A stretch of DNA of 57,896 bases, filler included, from Squatina squatina (lineage: Eukaryota): assembly GCA_031763465.1 (NCBI GenBank). It is 4 parts of 4 records of this genome, joined end to end, with 100 filler letters (N's around TTAATTAATTAA, not from the genome) between each part and the next. Parts side by side here need not be neighbours in the genome. Positions count along the whole stretch, not along the records: positions 13,525 to 27,172 come from JARFOE010000176.1; positions 27,273 to 42,649 come from JARFOE010000100.1; 2 more parts are not named here. One strand, written 5' to 3'. Shown here piece by piece: positions 24,138 to 35,994 of this stretch. Position numbers and translations under genes: made by a program. The notes under the pieces were generated by a model, which was not told the DNA's origin, did no database searches, and worked only from the letters and a program-made list of their open reading frames with translations. The first letter of the stretch is position 1. Each line of letters begins with the position of its first letter.

Positions 24138-24548
24138 TCACTGCAATTCCAGAGACTTGAGCCCATAATCCAGGCTGATACTGCAGTGCAGTGCTGAGGG
24201 ACTGCTGCACTGTCAGAGATGCTAGCTTTCAGATGAGACGTTAAACCGAAGCCCCGTCTGTACTCTCAGGTGGATGTTAAAGATCCCATGGCAATATTTC
24301 AAAGAAGAGCGGGTTAGTTTTCCCCACTGTCTTGGCAAATACTTATCCCTCAATCAACATAACAAAAACAGATGATCTGCTCATTATCTCTTTACTGTTT
24401 GTTGGATCCTGCTGTGTGCAAATGGCTGTTGCATTTCCTACATTACAACAGTGACTGCACTCCAAAAGTACTTAATTGGCTATAAAGCACTTTGGGACGT
24501 CCTGAGCTCATGAGAGGTGCTATATAAATGCAATGTTCTTTCCTTCTT
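24138..24548 (+). mobile_element. DeuSINE-type (SacSINE1/AmnSINE1-related) SINE, 5' truncated
   Basis: Deu-domain-like core TTTCAGATGAGACGTTAAACCGAAGCCCCGTCTG...AAGATCCCATGGC...GAAGAGC, with an L2-like tail GGTGCTATATAAATGCAA. Confidence 0.85.
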
Positions 24549-24699
24549 ATTTGGCCTGTTACTTGTGGGCAAGGGTTAACATTCGGCTGAAAATGGTCAG
24601 ATCCAAATCAGACCAGACACCTAAATAGAAAAAGAAATGCCTTATATTTAAACAAGCCTTTTGACGTAGGCCTCTGAGAAGGCTGAGGGAAAAGCCAGA

Positions 24700-25110
24700 C
24701 GACAGCTTTAATTTCTGTCAGGGACTCATTTAAAAAAATTCTCGTGCAAAACAAAGTGATTGACTGCAGGTGGAATCAGATCGGATTTTAACAGGCTATT
24801 TTCCTCAGTACTAACCCCTCCTGTCACGGCAGCTGTCAGCTAGTCAATGCTAGTAATGAAAGGAAAAATATTTTATTCAGATTTATTAATTGTAAATTAA
24901 GCATGTCTGCCAAATCGAGGACAGCTCCCTGCAATCTGTCAATGTTGAGGCACATGTTGTGGGCTTCAGGAGCCATTTGTCTTGTGGTGTCTGACAGTGG
25001 TGGCTTCCCTCAGCTATTCAGCACAGACCGTCCTGGGAGTTCTCAACTGGAAGAAACAAAACAAGATAAACCGCATTGTGTTTTAACGAGGCAAATGGCA
25101 TTGTGCAGTG
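24700..25110. promoter_or_regulatory. Candidate developmental enhancer / conserved non-coding element
   Basis: Five TGACAG/CTGTCA (MEIS-type) sites at 24715, 24821, 24833, 24936 and 24992, plus TGATTGAC at 24757 and homeodomain-like TTTATTAAT. No repeat hallmarks recognised. Confidence 0.4.
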
Positions 25111-25276
25111 GGGGGAGGGGGTGGGCATGGCAAGCCCGTCTCATTCCTCCTCGACCCGCCTGCATTGCGAGCGGTGCAGCTGTTGATGGGTTGGGGGGTT
25201 TCTGTCCCATCCCGTGGATGAGGCGTTAAATGGAAACTGCGTTCTGCACTCGGTTTCTGGGCACCGCACCTCACAA

Positions 25277-25660
25277 TGGATTAAACTGGCCTTGGAGCGG
25301 GTGCAGTACAGATTCTTCAGAATGATACCGCAGGTTAAATTCTGAGGACAGGTTACATAGACCAGGCTTGCATTCCCTTGAGTATAGAAGATTAAGTGGT
25401 GATCTAATTGAGGTGTTTAAGATGATTAAAGAAGTTGATAGGGTAGATAGAGAGAAACCCTCTGGTGGGGAAGTCCACAACAAGGGCACATAACCTTAAA
25501 ATTAGAGTCAGGTTGTTCAGGGGTGATGTCAGCCAAGGGTATTAAAGGTGTCAGAACCAAGGTGGGTAGATGGAGTTAAGATACAGATCAGCCATGATTT
25601 AATTGAATGGTGGGACAGGCTCAATGGGGCTGAACGGCCTCCTGCTGTTCTAATGTTCCC
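25277..25660 (+). mobile_element. CR1-type LINE 3' end with internal deletion
   Basis: LALERVQYRFFRMIP..., RRLSGDLIEVFKMIKEVDRVD and GHNLKIR motifs, then a 3' UTR ...GCCATGATTTAATTGAATGG...GGCTGAACGGCCTCCT. Confidence 0.85.
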
Positions 25661-26297
25661 ATGAGGGCTGGTCTGTCTGTTCTGGTGGTTCGGGTAGGCG
25701 TTGTAGATCCTCAGAACCAATTAGGGGAGAAGGAAGTTCTCCCAGAATCTTAGGCAATGATCCTCCCTCAACCAAAACATAAACAGATTANNNNNNNNNN
25801 NNNNNNNNNNNNNNNNNNNNNNNNNNNNNNNNNNNNNNNNNNNNNNNNNNNNNNNNNNNNNNNNNNNNNNNNNNNNNNNNNNNNNNNNNNTAAAATTGTA
25901 TTCATAATTACTAAAGAAAATCTCTTAAAATAACAGAGAGGAAGAGGGAATGACAGAGTGGGAAGCTTTTGGGTCTGACTGTTCCCTCAAGCCTCTTCTC
26001 ATTTACATACATCCAAGAGTGTTTGTGTGAAACAAGCTTTCCAAATTAATACAGGATTAATTAGTGTCTTTATCTCATTAAGGCCAAAGTAATTTGCAGA
26101 TAAAATTGTTTGGAATCCCTCTTACATAATTACACACCGTGTTACTGTGAATGGCCCTCATTACTGAGTACTTAGCAGAGTGAACGGGCAGGTTTTGCGA
26201 GGGGGCTTGAGTTCACTGAGCAGAGTGTGATTGATGCTCATCTCACTGCCTGCCATCTCTTCCCATTCAGTCACCCTTGAACCATCCGCCATCCGTG

Positions 26298-26420
26298 AAA
26301 TACAGCAGATGCTAGAAATCTGAAATAAAACCAGAAAATGCTAGAAATCCATCAGAATCTGTAAAGGGAAAAAGTTAGATTAATGCTTCCGTGTGAAATC
26401 TTTTGCCATTTTCTGTTTTA
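26298..26420 (-). mobile_element. Penelope-like terminal-repeat remnant
   Basis: AAATACAGCAGATGCTAGAAATCTGAAATAAAACCAGAAAATGCTAGAAAT resembles the reverse complement of the region around and after 14095-14135. Confidence 0.55.
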
Positions 26421-27172
26421 GGGACCACTCCTGAAGTCTTTGACAGTGATTTTTCTCTTTCACTATTAAATACATTCTTTCATTATTTTTGTCAGCTTTG
26501 CCATTCGTGCCTTAACACTGGTTTTACATTTCTCCGCTCATTACCATCTGTCATTATGAGCTTTTGCAAGTAGTTTCACATTGTGTGACAGGAAAAGAAA
26601 ACCTCACTGAAAAATAAAATGTGCTATTAGATAACGAGAAGGAGCTGCTTTACTTATATGAAGTGCCCCCAATATATAAACGCTATAATATAGACCAGAA
26701 TGGTGTAACGTAATAAAATGTATTTTTCTTTTGTAGTGCCAATCTTGTCAAGTCATAACAGAAGGTAAGAAGTTGTGTCACAAAACTCAAACGATATGAC
26801 AAGTGATAAATGAGTTTGTATCATAATTAAACAAAAAAAAACTCTTTTCAACAAGCACTGTGGAACAGAGGAAATTAGCAACAATAGATTAATAGCGAAA
26901 CAGCAACAGGCTAGCAGAATCTGCTGTTTCTAGAGAGGTATGATTGGAAAGAAAGATATAACCTCATCGTGTGTTATTACATTAGCACTTAATTTGTAAC
27001 ACAATGGTTACTGGTACAACGGTCATTGAGAGCTGATATTTGCATATGCCAATCGTGTAATTACTACATAGCCACAAGGGGTTGGAAATATCTCATGAGG
27101 AGTATCGAACAAGTGAGGGGACAAAGAGAGAATCAAATTGATGAACCATAAAATTCAACAACAGTCTGAACA

Positions 27173-27272
27173 NNNNNNNNNNNNNNNNNNNNNNNNNNNN
27201 NNNNNNNNNNNNNNNNTTAATTAATTAANNNNNNNNNNNNNNNNNNNNNNNNNNNNNNNNNNNNNNNNNNNN
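27173..27272. other. Artificial contig linker
   Basis: 44 N + TTAATTAATTAA + 44 N. Confidence 0.95.
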
Positions 27273-28627
27273 ACTGCTGGTGACTGGGATAGGTTGTTTG
27301 GCGATTCAGTAGATGAGTGTGAACTCTATTGATTTTAAATGAATATTTATGTGCAATAACTTTTTTAGCTTCATTACTTACTACTATCGGTTGAAATTTT
27401 TAGGATTACTTTTCATACCCTTTGTATAAGCCGACCCCCAAAACTTTGAGACTAAAAATCGGGTCCAAATTCTTGGCTTATACACCAGGACATACAGTAT
27501 TTATAAACTGACAGAGTGGATGATAAAATCATGCCAATAAAAGGAGACAAGCTGAAAAGAGCGAATCTGGACTAGGCTGAAGCGTGTTTTATATTAAAGT
27601 AACAATCCAGTACCTAATGTCTTGTGACAGGAAACTAATTTTCCTTAGGAGAACAGAGTATGCTAACACAATTAGGATAAGTCTATACGATTTACTATTT
27701 ATTAATCGAGGTAAAATAACGAAGTGGATCTAACAAAAAATACATGTTTGAGTTTACCTGATTCTTTAGGTTACCATATCGTTTTAGATGTTTTATAAAA
27801 TCTGCTCGGGAACTGTTTCGGACAGCAATAAGTGACATGCTTCCATTATCCAACCTAAAATAGAAAATTAAACAATCACATAAGGCACATTATGTGCAGC
27901 TGAAATAGTGAATTATAGACTGCTGTACAGGAACACAGTTTCTGGTTAGAACGTTTACGAGTCTGTAGGCTAGAAATGACCGTTGGTGATATTAATGCAT
28001 GAGCATTAAAAATAAATGGATTAATGACGTTATTAAAATAGTGGACAGAAAAATATTATATGCATGTCATATGAATACTGTGTCAATAGTACATTTGACA
28101 CATAAAAGTCGATGAATGCAAACGTTCATGCAAATTTGTTATCAGTGCACTTCAAGGACATTTTTAATAACAAAAAAGAAATGTTGCAAATTTGTTGCAG
28201 CATTTATGTGCATCTTTAATCAGAATAATCCTAATTTATAGCATTCTGATTTAACTTTATAAAGGGTTGGTGATTTTGTTTGTAGCATTTAAGTGCTTTG
28301 AAAAAATGCTTTACAGATTTAAGACAAATAAATTAAGTAAGTTTGCATATTGTCCTTGAGTCATGGGGGTTAGTATGTTTTTCTAAAATTCGACTCGTCA
28401 CCTAGCCTAATCAGAACATTATCCAATGATTATTTCAGCCTTGACTTCAGCAGACTGAACCAGCAACTATTTGCAAACCATAAAATTACTGTGACTACTT
28501 CAGTCGATCTCCTCATGAAAGTGCGTANNNNNNNNNNNNNNNNNNNNNNNNNNNNNNNNNNNNNNNNNNNNNNNNNNNNNNNNNNNNNNNNNNNNNNNNN
28601 NNNNNNNNNNNNNNNNNNNNNNNNNNN

Positions 28628-28682
28628 CAAACTTGGAGATGGTGCATTCAATCCCCTCGTCCAAATCATTAATATATATTGT
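28628..28682 (-). mobile_element. CR1 reverse transcriptase fragment
   Basis: Minus strand reads TIYINDLDEGIECTISKF, immediately before the expected ADD motif, which would fall in the gap. Confidence 0.85.
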
Positions 28683-29036
28683 TAATATATATTATAATAT
28701 GTAGTTAGTTTGCAATGGTTTTAATTCTTAAATTCATTATTTACTAATCCTCTCCCATTTTCAGCATAAAGCAAAAGAGACATAATGGTTGGCACACAAA
28801 CCTTAGCAAGCACCATGTTAGCAGCACATTGGGTGCGATGTCATCACACATATTGCTGGCACATATAATTCAAAATGCAGCAAACTGTACACTGACAAAC
28901 TCAGAATTTTCTTTGTAAGTGTCACGATTGTCCTACTGAATAATACTGTTGAACTATACTTGAAATGTGATTTTTAAAAATGATTGTCGTATCTGGATGC
29001 ACAGTAAGAAGCATTGAAAGTGTAAGAAATACATAC

Positions 29037-29111
29037 CCATGATGATATGCATTGCTGCAGTACGCGCATGCTTTAGTCCATGCACAGAAAATGCTAAGAC
29101 ATTAGTGGAAC
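29037..29111 (-). CDS. CERKL: Ceramide kinase-like protein, internal exon (equivalent to human exon 6)
   Basis: ttcag| 75 nt |gtatgt. Encodes GSTNVLAFSVHGLKHARTAAMHIIMG versus human [26 protein letters not shown] as recalled (DAG-kinase-type GSTN motif). Confidence 0.93.
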
Positions 29112-30074
29112 CTGAAAAACATAAATTGTGCTATATAAACAAATAATAACTAAAAGACATTCATAAATGCTGGCCTGTATGATTACCCTTCCTTCATATT
29201 TCAGGAACAGGGAGCATAGTAGTACCTTTTGCATTTTAAAATAATTGAAATATGCTTGTTTAAACTTTGCTGCATCTTTTCCAGGATCTTCCATTTATTT
29301 ATCAATTTGTCTTTTTTAATTCATGAAAAGCTTTGCTTTTTGATNNNNNNNNNNNNNNNNNNNNNNNNNNNNNNNNNNNNNNNNNNNNNNNNNNNNNNNN
29401 NNNNNNNNNNNNNNNNNNNNNNNNNNNNNNNNNNNNNNNNNNNNGAACAGCTTGGGAATGGGCGGAGATAGGAAGTTAATATTCTACCCAAGCTATGGTG
29501 AACAGTCTCAGAGCATCAAAAGTGACGATGCTCAACAGGAGTGCTCATAAATTAATATACATTATGAATAAAAACTAATTGCACCAATTTTACTCAGCAG
29601 CAAGCAATTCAGGAGGTATCCAAAAGAGAAGGTACAATTGGGTCCCATTCATTTTTCTGCCATTCGGTAGCAACCTTTTCAACTTAAACCATGGCAAGAT
29701 TAAATTGAAGACAAAGGTTTTATTAGTTCAGTTAAAGCATAACTAATGATTGTATCGAGCAGAAATTGTCCTTGAAAGTGTGAGCACTTCTGCAGAACAA
29801 TTAACTTAATTAACCAGATGCATGCATATTCATAAGGCTGTTAATGTCTCCCACATTCAAGCTGATAAATGTGATGCAATGATTTCCTATTCAAGCATAC
29901 CTAAAATTCTTCTGAAAACTACTCTAACACTAGCAGTTTAATCTTGGTTATTTCCCCAATTATCAGTCAAAATAGAACTAAGCAACATTTTTGCCCCACA
30001 AAATGAACTGGAAAGTAAGCAGTTATATAATGAGCTAACGTGTAGACTTCGAAGTTCATAGCCCGAAATACATT

Positions 30075-30518
30075 GGGCCTGAATTTGCAATCGGAGGCTT
30101 CCTGTAGGCAGAGGCCTCCGATCGCAAATCTCTCTACAAACTTACCCAAGGGTCCGGGAGCCACATAAATTTGCTATCTTCTGCCTCCAAAGTTGGGCAT
30201 GCGCAGCGGGGCTCTTCTCTTTCGTATGCAAGTCCTTTGGAGAGACTGGACAGGTCACATGGGAAGCCCCAACCAATCAGGTAGGAATATCTCTCATTCA
30301 AGCTTTGACAGGTCTGTTCCTTATTTGACAGATCTGTAAAAGTGTGAATGACAGATACAAAACAAGCACATCAAAAAACATCTTGAAAATGATTGTAACA
30401 TTAAAATTTAATAAAAGTGAGAAATAATACAATGTTTTTCATTTAAAAATTTTTTAAAAAATGTTTAAAAACATACTTACCTTAATGGGAATGGCTTAAA
30501 ATAATGTACCATTAATTT
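30075..30518. mobile_element. Candidate MITE left part with subterminal hairpin
   Basis: Begins GGGCCTGAATTTGC, contains a 16-bp inverted repeat (30083-30098 / 30114-30129), and runs into a gap. Confidence 0.5.
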
Positions 30519-30632
30519 NNNNNNNNNNNNNNNNNNNNNNNNNNNNNNNNNNNNNNNNNNNNNNNNNNNNNNNNNNNNNNNNNNNNNNNNNNNNNNNNNN
30601 NNNNNNNNNNNNNNNNNNATTTACGATAAAGG

Positions 30633-30830
30633 CTACACCACTGTCACTGCAGTTTGACAGGGCAAATAATGGAATGTGTAGCCAGGTGGGGAGGCTTCAC
30701 TCACATGCCAAGTTTCTGTCAGGGGCAGAATGTCAATGAATTCATCCACACAGAAGTTGCAAATGGTGAGGGTCCTGCTTGTGAGTGAACACTCTGCAGG
30801 GCAATACAGAGAAGCACAGCAGTTGAACTC
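30633..30830 (-). mobile_element. L2-type LINE apurinic endonuclease fragment
   Basis: Minus strand reads IDILPLTETWHVSEASPPGYTFHYLP, with the LTETW and PPGY motifs of LINE APE domains. Confidence 0.75.
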
Positions 30831-31866
30831 CTGCCAGGATTGGGGGGAGGGTGTCGGTGGTGTGGTTGGAAGAAATGAGAGAATGGGAATAAGATTAGAG
30901 AGATTAGCCCTGAAGGAGATTAAGTGCAGCAGAGAATACAAAGGAAGGAGCAAAAGGAAATCATGTACTTGCTAAAGAGGGGCTCAAACCTTAGGGTGGT
31001 GGCAGGAGAGAAGGTTAGTTAGGAGTGCTTTCGAGTGAGCAGAGGTTTAAGAGGTTCAGGTTACTGAAAAAGGTAGAAATGGAAGGGGCATAGCTGGAGG
31101 AGATGAGAGCAGTGCAGGATGAGGAATTTGCAAAGCGAAGAGCCTGGGTTTGGAATGGCAGCCAATATAAGCAAGGACTGGACTCTGAGGGAGACCTTAG
31201 ATTAAATGGACCAGTGACAGATAGCTAAGGAAAAATTGTCTTAGGGTAGTGCCTCAACACAAGAAGATAACTACAGCTTAAAATGATAAAAAAAATGTGC
31301 TAATCAATTTCTGAAATTGCCATACAAAAAAATTTGTTGAAACCTGAAAAGCTATTCAGTAGTCAAAGGGATGATATGAAACATCTCAGTTGTGACGGAC
31401 TATCTTGAATTTCAGATGTAAGCAAAAGTCAGCTTTATCACTTTTTCTTCATTAACAGAGGATGACAATGTTTAAGTCCTCAACCACATACGATAGCATC
31501 ACCACTATATATTGTAAACAAGAGCAGAAAACAGTAAAGGAGAGCTAAATTTGACTCGAATGTAAGCACCGGGGAGATAAACTGTTGTATAAAACCTCGA
31601 TACCAGCAGTCCTTTGCATGAAGGTACTTCATCACTGCTTACAGAACAGGTAATTAAACTCCCACCTGCTGTGACTATACACAAAGAGTTCTTTGTCTAA
31701 AAATATTACTTCAATTGCAAAGGACTGAGTATTGTTACTTAGCTATTGCATTGTTGATACAGTAGCAGAAAACCATTTGGAGATGGAGATACTTTCAGGA
31801 GAAACTGGTCACAGATTGACAGAATTCAACAAATATTTTGATGGCTTTGGTTCAGGGTTTACATAC

Positions 31867-31930
31867 CCATCAAATTCTTGAATATCACATTCCTTGAGAA
31901 CTGAAAAAGCATGCCCTTCATACTCTGTAA
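31867..31930 (-). CDS. CERKL: Ceramide kinase-like protein, internal exon (equivalent to human exon 4)
   Basis: ttttgtag| 64 nt |gtatgt. Encodes TEYEGHAFSVLKECDIQEFDG versus human [21 protein letters not shown] as recalled. Confidence 0.93.
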
Positions 31931-33289
31931 CTACAAAAGAAAGACATGGTCAGGAATAGAAAATGAAGTAATCTGAAGATATGACAATACTTTAAAAAAA
32001 AATTGGTACCTTGGAACTTNNNNNNNNNNNNNNNNNNNNNNNNNNNNNNNNNNNNNNNNNNNNNNNNNNNNNNNNNNNNNNNNNNNNNNNNNNNNNNNNN
32101 NNNNNNNNNNNNNNNNNNNNNNNNNNNNNNNNNNNNNNNNNNNNNNNNNNNNNNNNNNNNNNNNNNNNNNNNNNNNNNNNNNNNNNNNNNNNNNNNNNNN
32201 NNNNNNNNNNNNNNNNNNNNNNNNNNNNNNNNNNNNNNNNNNNNNNNNNNNNNNNNNNNNNNNNNNNNNNNNNNNNNNNNNNNNNNNNNNNNNNNNNNNN
32301 NNNNNNNNNNNNNNNNNNNNNNNNNNNNNNNNNNNNNNNNNNNNNNNNNNNNNNNNNNNNNNNNNNNNNNNNNNNNNNNNNNNNNNNNNNNNNNNNNNNN
32401 NNNNNNNNNNNNNNNNNNNNNNNNNNNNNNNNNNNNNNNNNNNNNNNNNNNNNNNNNNNNNNNNNNNNNNNNNNNNNNNNNNCATGCTGCAGATGGCATG
32501 AAGCATCATAACTACATTTAGCATTTTCTAGGGCAGCTTTGCCAGAAGAGACGGCTCAGCTGCATCTACCCATCAAAGATTTTTGCTGACTGACATGACA
32601 CTTGCAGATGGATTTTTTTGTGTAAGAATGTGCATCATTATCTGCAAGATTACATTAATCTTTCATGCTTGTCTGTTTTCCGGTACCAGTGTGATTCTGG
32701 TCATAACTTCTACAATATGCTATTTTAAAAACACGTAAAAGTTGACCATCAGATTAGTTCAAAGAGCCATTGAAAGATTAAGGACACTGCTTACAATGCC
32801 TAGTCTGCCTCACATTAAGTGCACTTACATAAATATACTTCATATAAATATAATAGACCATCAATGCATGAACAGATCACGTCTGCTTGAAATTGTAACA
32901 TACTGGGTTAGTAATAAGAAGTATTTTTCTTTAAGAATGAACAAGACAAAAGCAATTAACTGTCTCAGTTTGACAAACTCCATTTTGCATTTAATTGCCA
33001 GCGAGTCCATCTGTATCACAAAATACTCGAGTGTAAGTCAGTCAATGCAACTGTAGGGGGAGTAGTGAACAGTTAAATAAATTGGATCAGAGCATAAATA
33101 ATTTCCACTGCACATGTGGCCTAGCAAATAAAGCTACTCAGCACAATATACTGGCATATCTGTGGTTATGCAAGAAAACAGTTTCATTATTCAACATCTC
33201 AAAAAGGCAATTCATTAATCCTTCGAGGATTACTACCTGAAATGAAATCAAAAATTCAAAGATTGCATGTTCCTTTATTCAAAATATAA

Positions 33290-33777
33290 GGGGCAAAATT
33301 GGGTGCCTTTGCACAAGCGGCCCGGACCTGAAACTGCCTTCCGCCCCCTGCAGCAGCGCCAGTCGAAAACACAGACAGCTGCAGGAGGCGTGCATCGGGT
33401 GGCCGGCAGCTTCTGAGGTGATACTTAAAGGCGAGGTGGCAGAGATAAGTAAAATAAAAATTACTTACTTTCTTTGCCGGTTCCTGCCTGCAATCCATCA
33501 ACCCGGCACTCTGCTCGAGTATCGGGCTGATTGGGCAGAACCTGCAGCGATGGCCCTTCCCTTTAAAGGAGGGAAGGAGCCTTTCAACGTGGCAGCGTTG
33601 CTGAAGCCACCGCCCCACCTGCTGCTTATTGCGGTCCAAGGAGGAGGTGAGCACTTGATTTAGAGCTCCACTTCCTTCTTGAAGGGCAAACGGTGAATTT
33701 TTTTTTTAACGTTTGACTGGCATTAACTTTCCAAACTTAAGTTAGCGCCCCAAACGGAGCGATTGTGAATTTCTCAC
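33290..33777. mobile_element. Candidate PIF/Harbinger-like MITE
   Basis: GC-rich island with imperfect inverted ends GGGGCAAAATT / AATTTCTCAC, flanks TAA / TGA, and an internal near-palindrome CCTTCCCTTTAAAGGAGGGAAGG. Confidence 0.5.
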
Positions 33778-35085
33778 TGATATACTTTAAATTAAGAAAC
33801 ATGTTGTGGTGCAATGCATTTACTTCAGTCATTTTTAGAATATTCTGCATTAGAATGGTAGAAAAATTCAGTTCGTAAATCTTGTGTTATGGTTTTAAAA
33901 CCTGCCAACATCATTTAGTATTCAAAGGGCTAATTGATTATTGCATAATTTAGACCAAATCTGAAAAGCAGTATAATTATTTATTTTTAGTATCACTAAC
34001 ATTTAAAAGATTCTGGAGGCAGTTTTCATTGGCCTACTGTTTTTCAGCGTGAACAGACATGTTGGCCAATAATTTTTTGTTACTTATCGATAACTTGCTG
34101 CACCAGAGCCACTCAACTCAGTTTTTAAGTGGGTCTTAAAATAAGAGTCAGCACTCCTGCACAAAACAGGCAGGAGCCTCATTAAAATACTTAAATCCTA
34201 CGCTATATTTAGGACCCTGATGCAATTTTGGTCTTCCATTGGGTGGAGGCATTGCCCACTGAAATGGAGTGTTGAGCAGCTGAACTAGCGGCCCTTAAAA
34301 GGGACTATTGTGGACTGCTCAGGACAGTGTTCCTAACCAGCCTTGCCAATGATTTTGGTGTGGCCAGGATTATTTGTCCTGGTCCCCACAAAAAATTTCC
34401 TACCAGCTGTTGGTCCAGCCCCCAATTGCGCCACCCACCGCCCACCCGATGAACACCAAAACATAAAAGCCTGCAGAGAGACAACTTCTTGGTACCCAAA
34501 TCTTGCTAGTATGTTGTTTTCAAATCAATTTCATGTATAGTGTACAAGACTGAGAGGCCTTCAGCAGGAAAGTAATTGGACCAAAATGGAAGCAAAGGAG
34601 GCCACGACTAGTCCCTCTCCCTCCATCAATATTCCAGAGAATACCACCAGCCTTTACTGGAGGTTCTGGGGAGCAGTAGATGGGAGGGAAACGGGTCAGG
34701 AGCCCAGCACCTCCACGTCACGNNNNNNNNNNGGGTGGCAGGAGGGGTTGGGAAAGGGAATTTAAGATTGGGGTGGGGATGTTGTGGTTGGCCACCGATT
34801 TCTCTCACTGCTTCTGCTATCATCCCACCTGATTTGGGGCAGTATAGTGGAGGAAAAGCCAGGGCCTCGTGTTTATCTGCAACAGTAAATGGAAACAACA
34901 CACATTGTTCACAGCCTTAGAGTCAACATTGGTAGCCATGTTTTCTCCACTGCTCAAGGCCCTTTGACCCTAATCATTTCAGCTCAAGCTACAAATTCAA
35001 GCTATCTGTACAGAGTTTAAAATTTAAAACTACCTTTACAGAACATGTTGCCCACCCCCGCAGCTTGCTCTGTGTGAATATTCAA

Positions 35086-35203
35086 GAGTATTCGATATTT
35101 CGGAAGGATAGGTAGAAAGGAAAGAGAGGCGGGGTAACTCTGTTAATAAAGGAGGAGATCAATGCAATACGGAGAAAGGATCTTGGCTCAGAAGATCAAG
35201 ATG
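35086..35203 (+). mobile_element. CR1 ORF2 endonuclease fragment
   Basis: Translates NIQEYSIFRKDR*KGKRGGVTLLIKEEI (FRKDR...GGV motif). Runs into a gap. Confidence 0.85.
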
Positions 35204-35305
35204 NNNNNNNNNNNNNNNNNNNNNNNNNNNNNNNNNNNNNNNNNNNNNNNNNNNNNNNNNNNNNNNNNNNNNNNNNNNNNNNNNNNNNNNNNNNNNNNNN
35301 NNNGG

Positions 35306-35431
35306 TTTACTATCTCATCTGAAAGACAGCACCTCCAACAATGCATAATTGAAATGTCAGTCCTAGATCGGAGCCAGAACCCACAACCTTCTGATTCAGA
35401 GGTAAGAGTGTTACCACTGAGACAAGCTGAC
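35306..35431 (-). mobile_element. DeuSINE-type SINE 5' part
   Basis: Reverse complement GTCAGCTTGTCTCAGTGGTAACACTCTTACCTCTGAATCAGAAGGTTGTGGGTTC...GTGCTGTCTTTCAGATGAGA matches 6326-6442 and the region near 24220. Confidence 0.75.
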
Positions 35432-35448
35432 TTAGATTAGAAAATAAT

Positions 35449-35994
35449 GGCCCGGATTTTTCGATCAGCGGCGAAGGGACGTCGAAGAAAGCTGTCCACA
35501 AAGGTTTAGCAGGATCTGTGTTGTCAATTTCCCCTACTACGTCTATTTCATTCTGGTGACATCTACTTGTGGCGTCCAGGAATAGTGAAGTCATCAACCA
35601 GGCTGAGCAGCCAATCGGATTGAAAAATTCTCAGACAGCAAACCAGGAAGTAAAAAGCACTGATTATCGTTCACTTTTTAATCATTTTGCAGAGAGCAAA
35701 ATAAAGACTGGGACATACACATGGGATTAGGGTAGAAGCTGAAATATCAAACTTTGTTTTTAAAAAATGAATTTATTATTTTAAAAATCTATGACATTTT
35801 TACCACTGAATGGAGGGAATGACACTCNNNNNNNNNNNNNNNNNNNNNNNNNNNNNNNNNNNNNNNNNNNNNNNNNNNNNNNNNNNNNNNNNNNNNNNNN
35901 NNNNNNNNNNNNNNNNNNNNNNNNNNNGTCAGTTTTACATAATGACAGCGAATGCTGACAGTTTCGCCGTCATTACAACTGCAAATTCCAAGCC
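35449..35994. mobile_element. PIF/Harbinger-like MITE spanning a gap
   Basis: Terminal inverted repeats GGCCCGGATTTT / AAATTCCAAGCC, subterminal CGGCGAA / TTCGCCG, and 3-nt flanks AAT / AAC. Confidence 0.6.

Noticed and set aside
31918-32524. Long ORFs of 166-220 aa here and at 54549-55211
   Set aside because: Almost entirely X residues from N runs.
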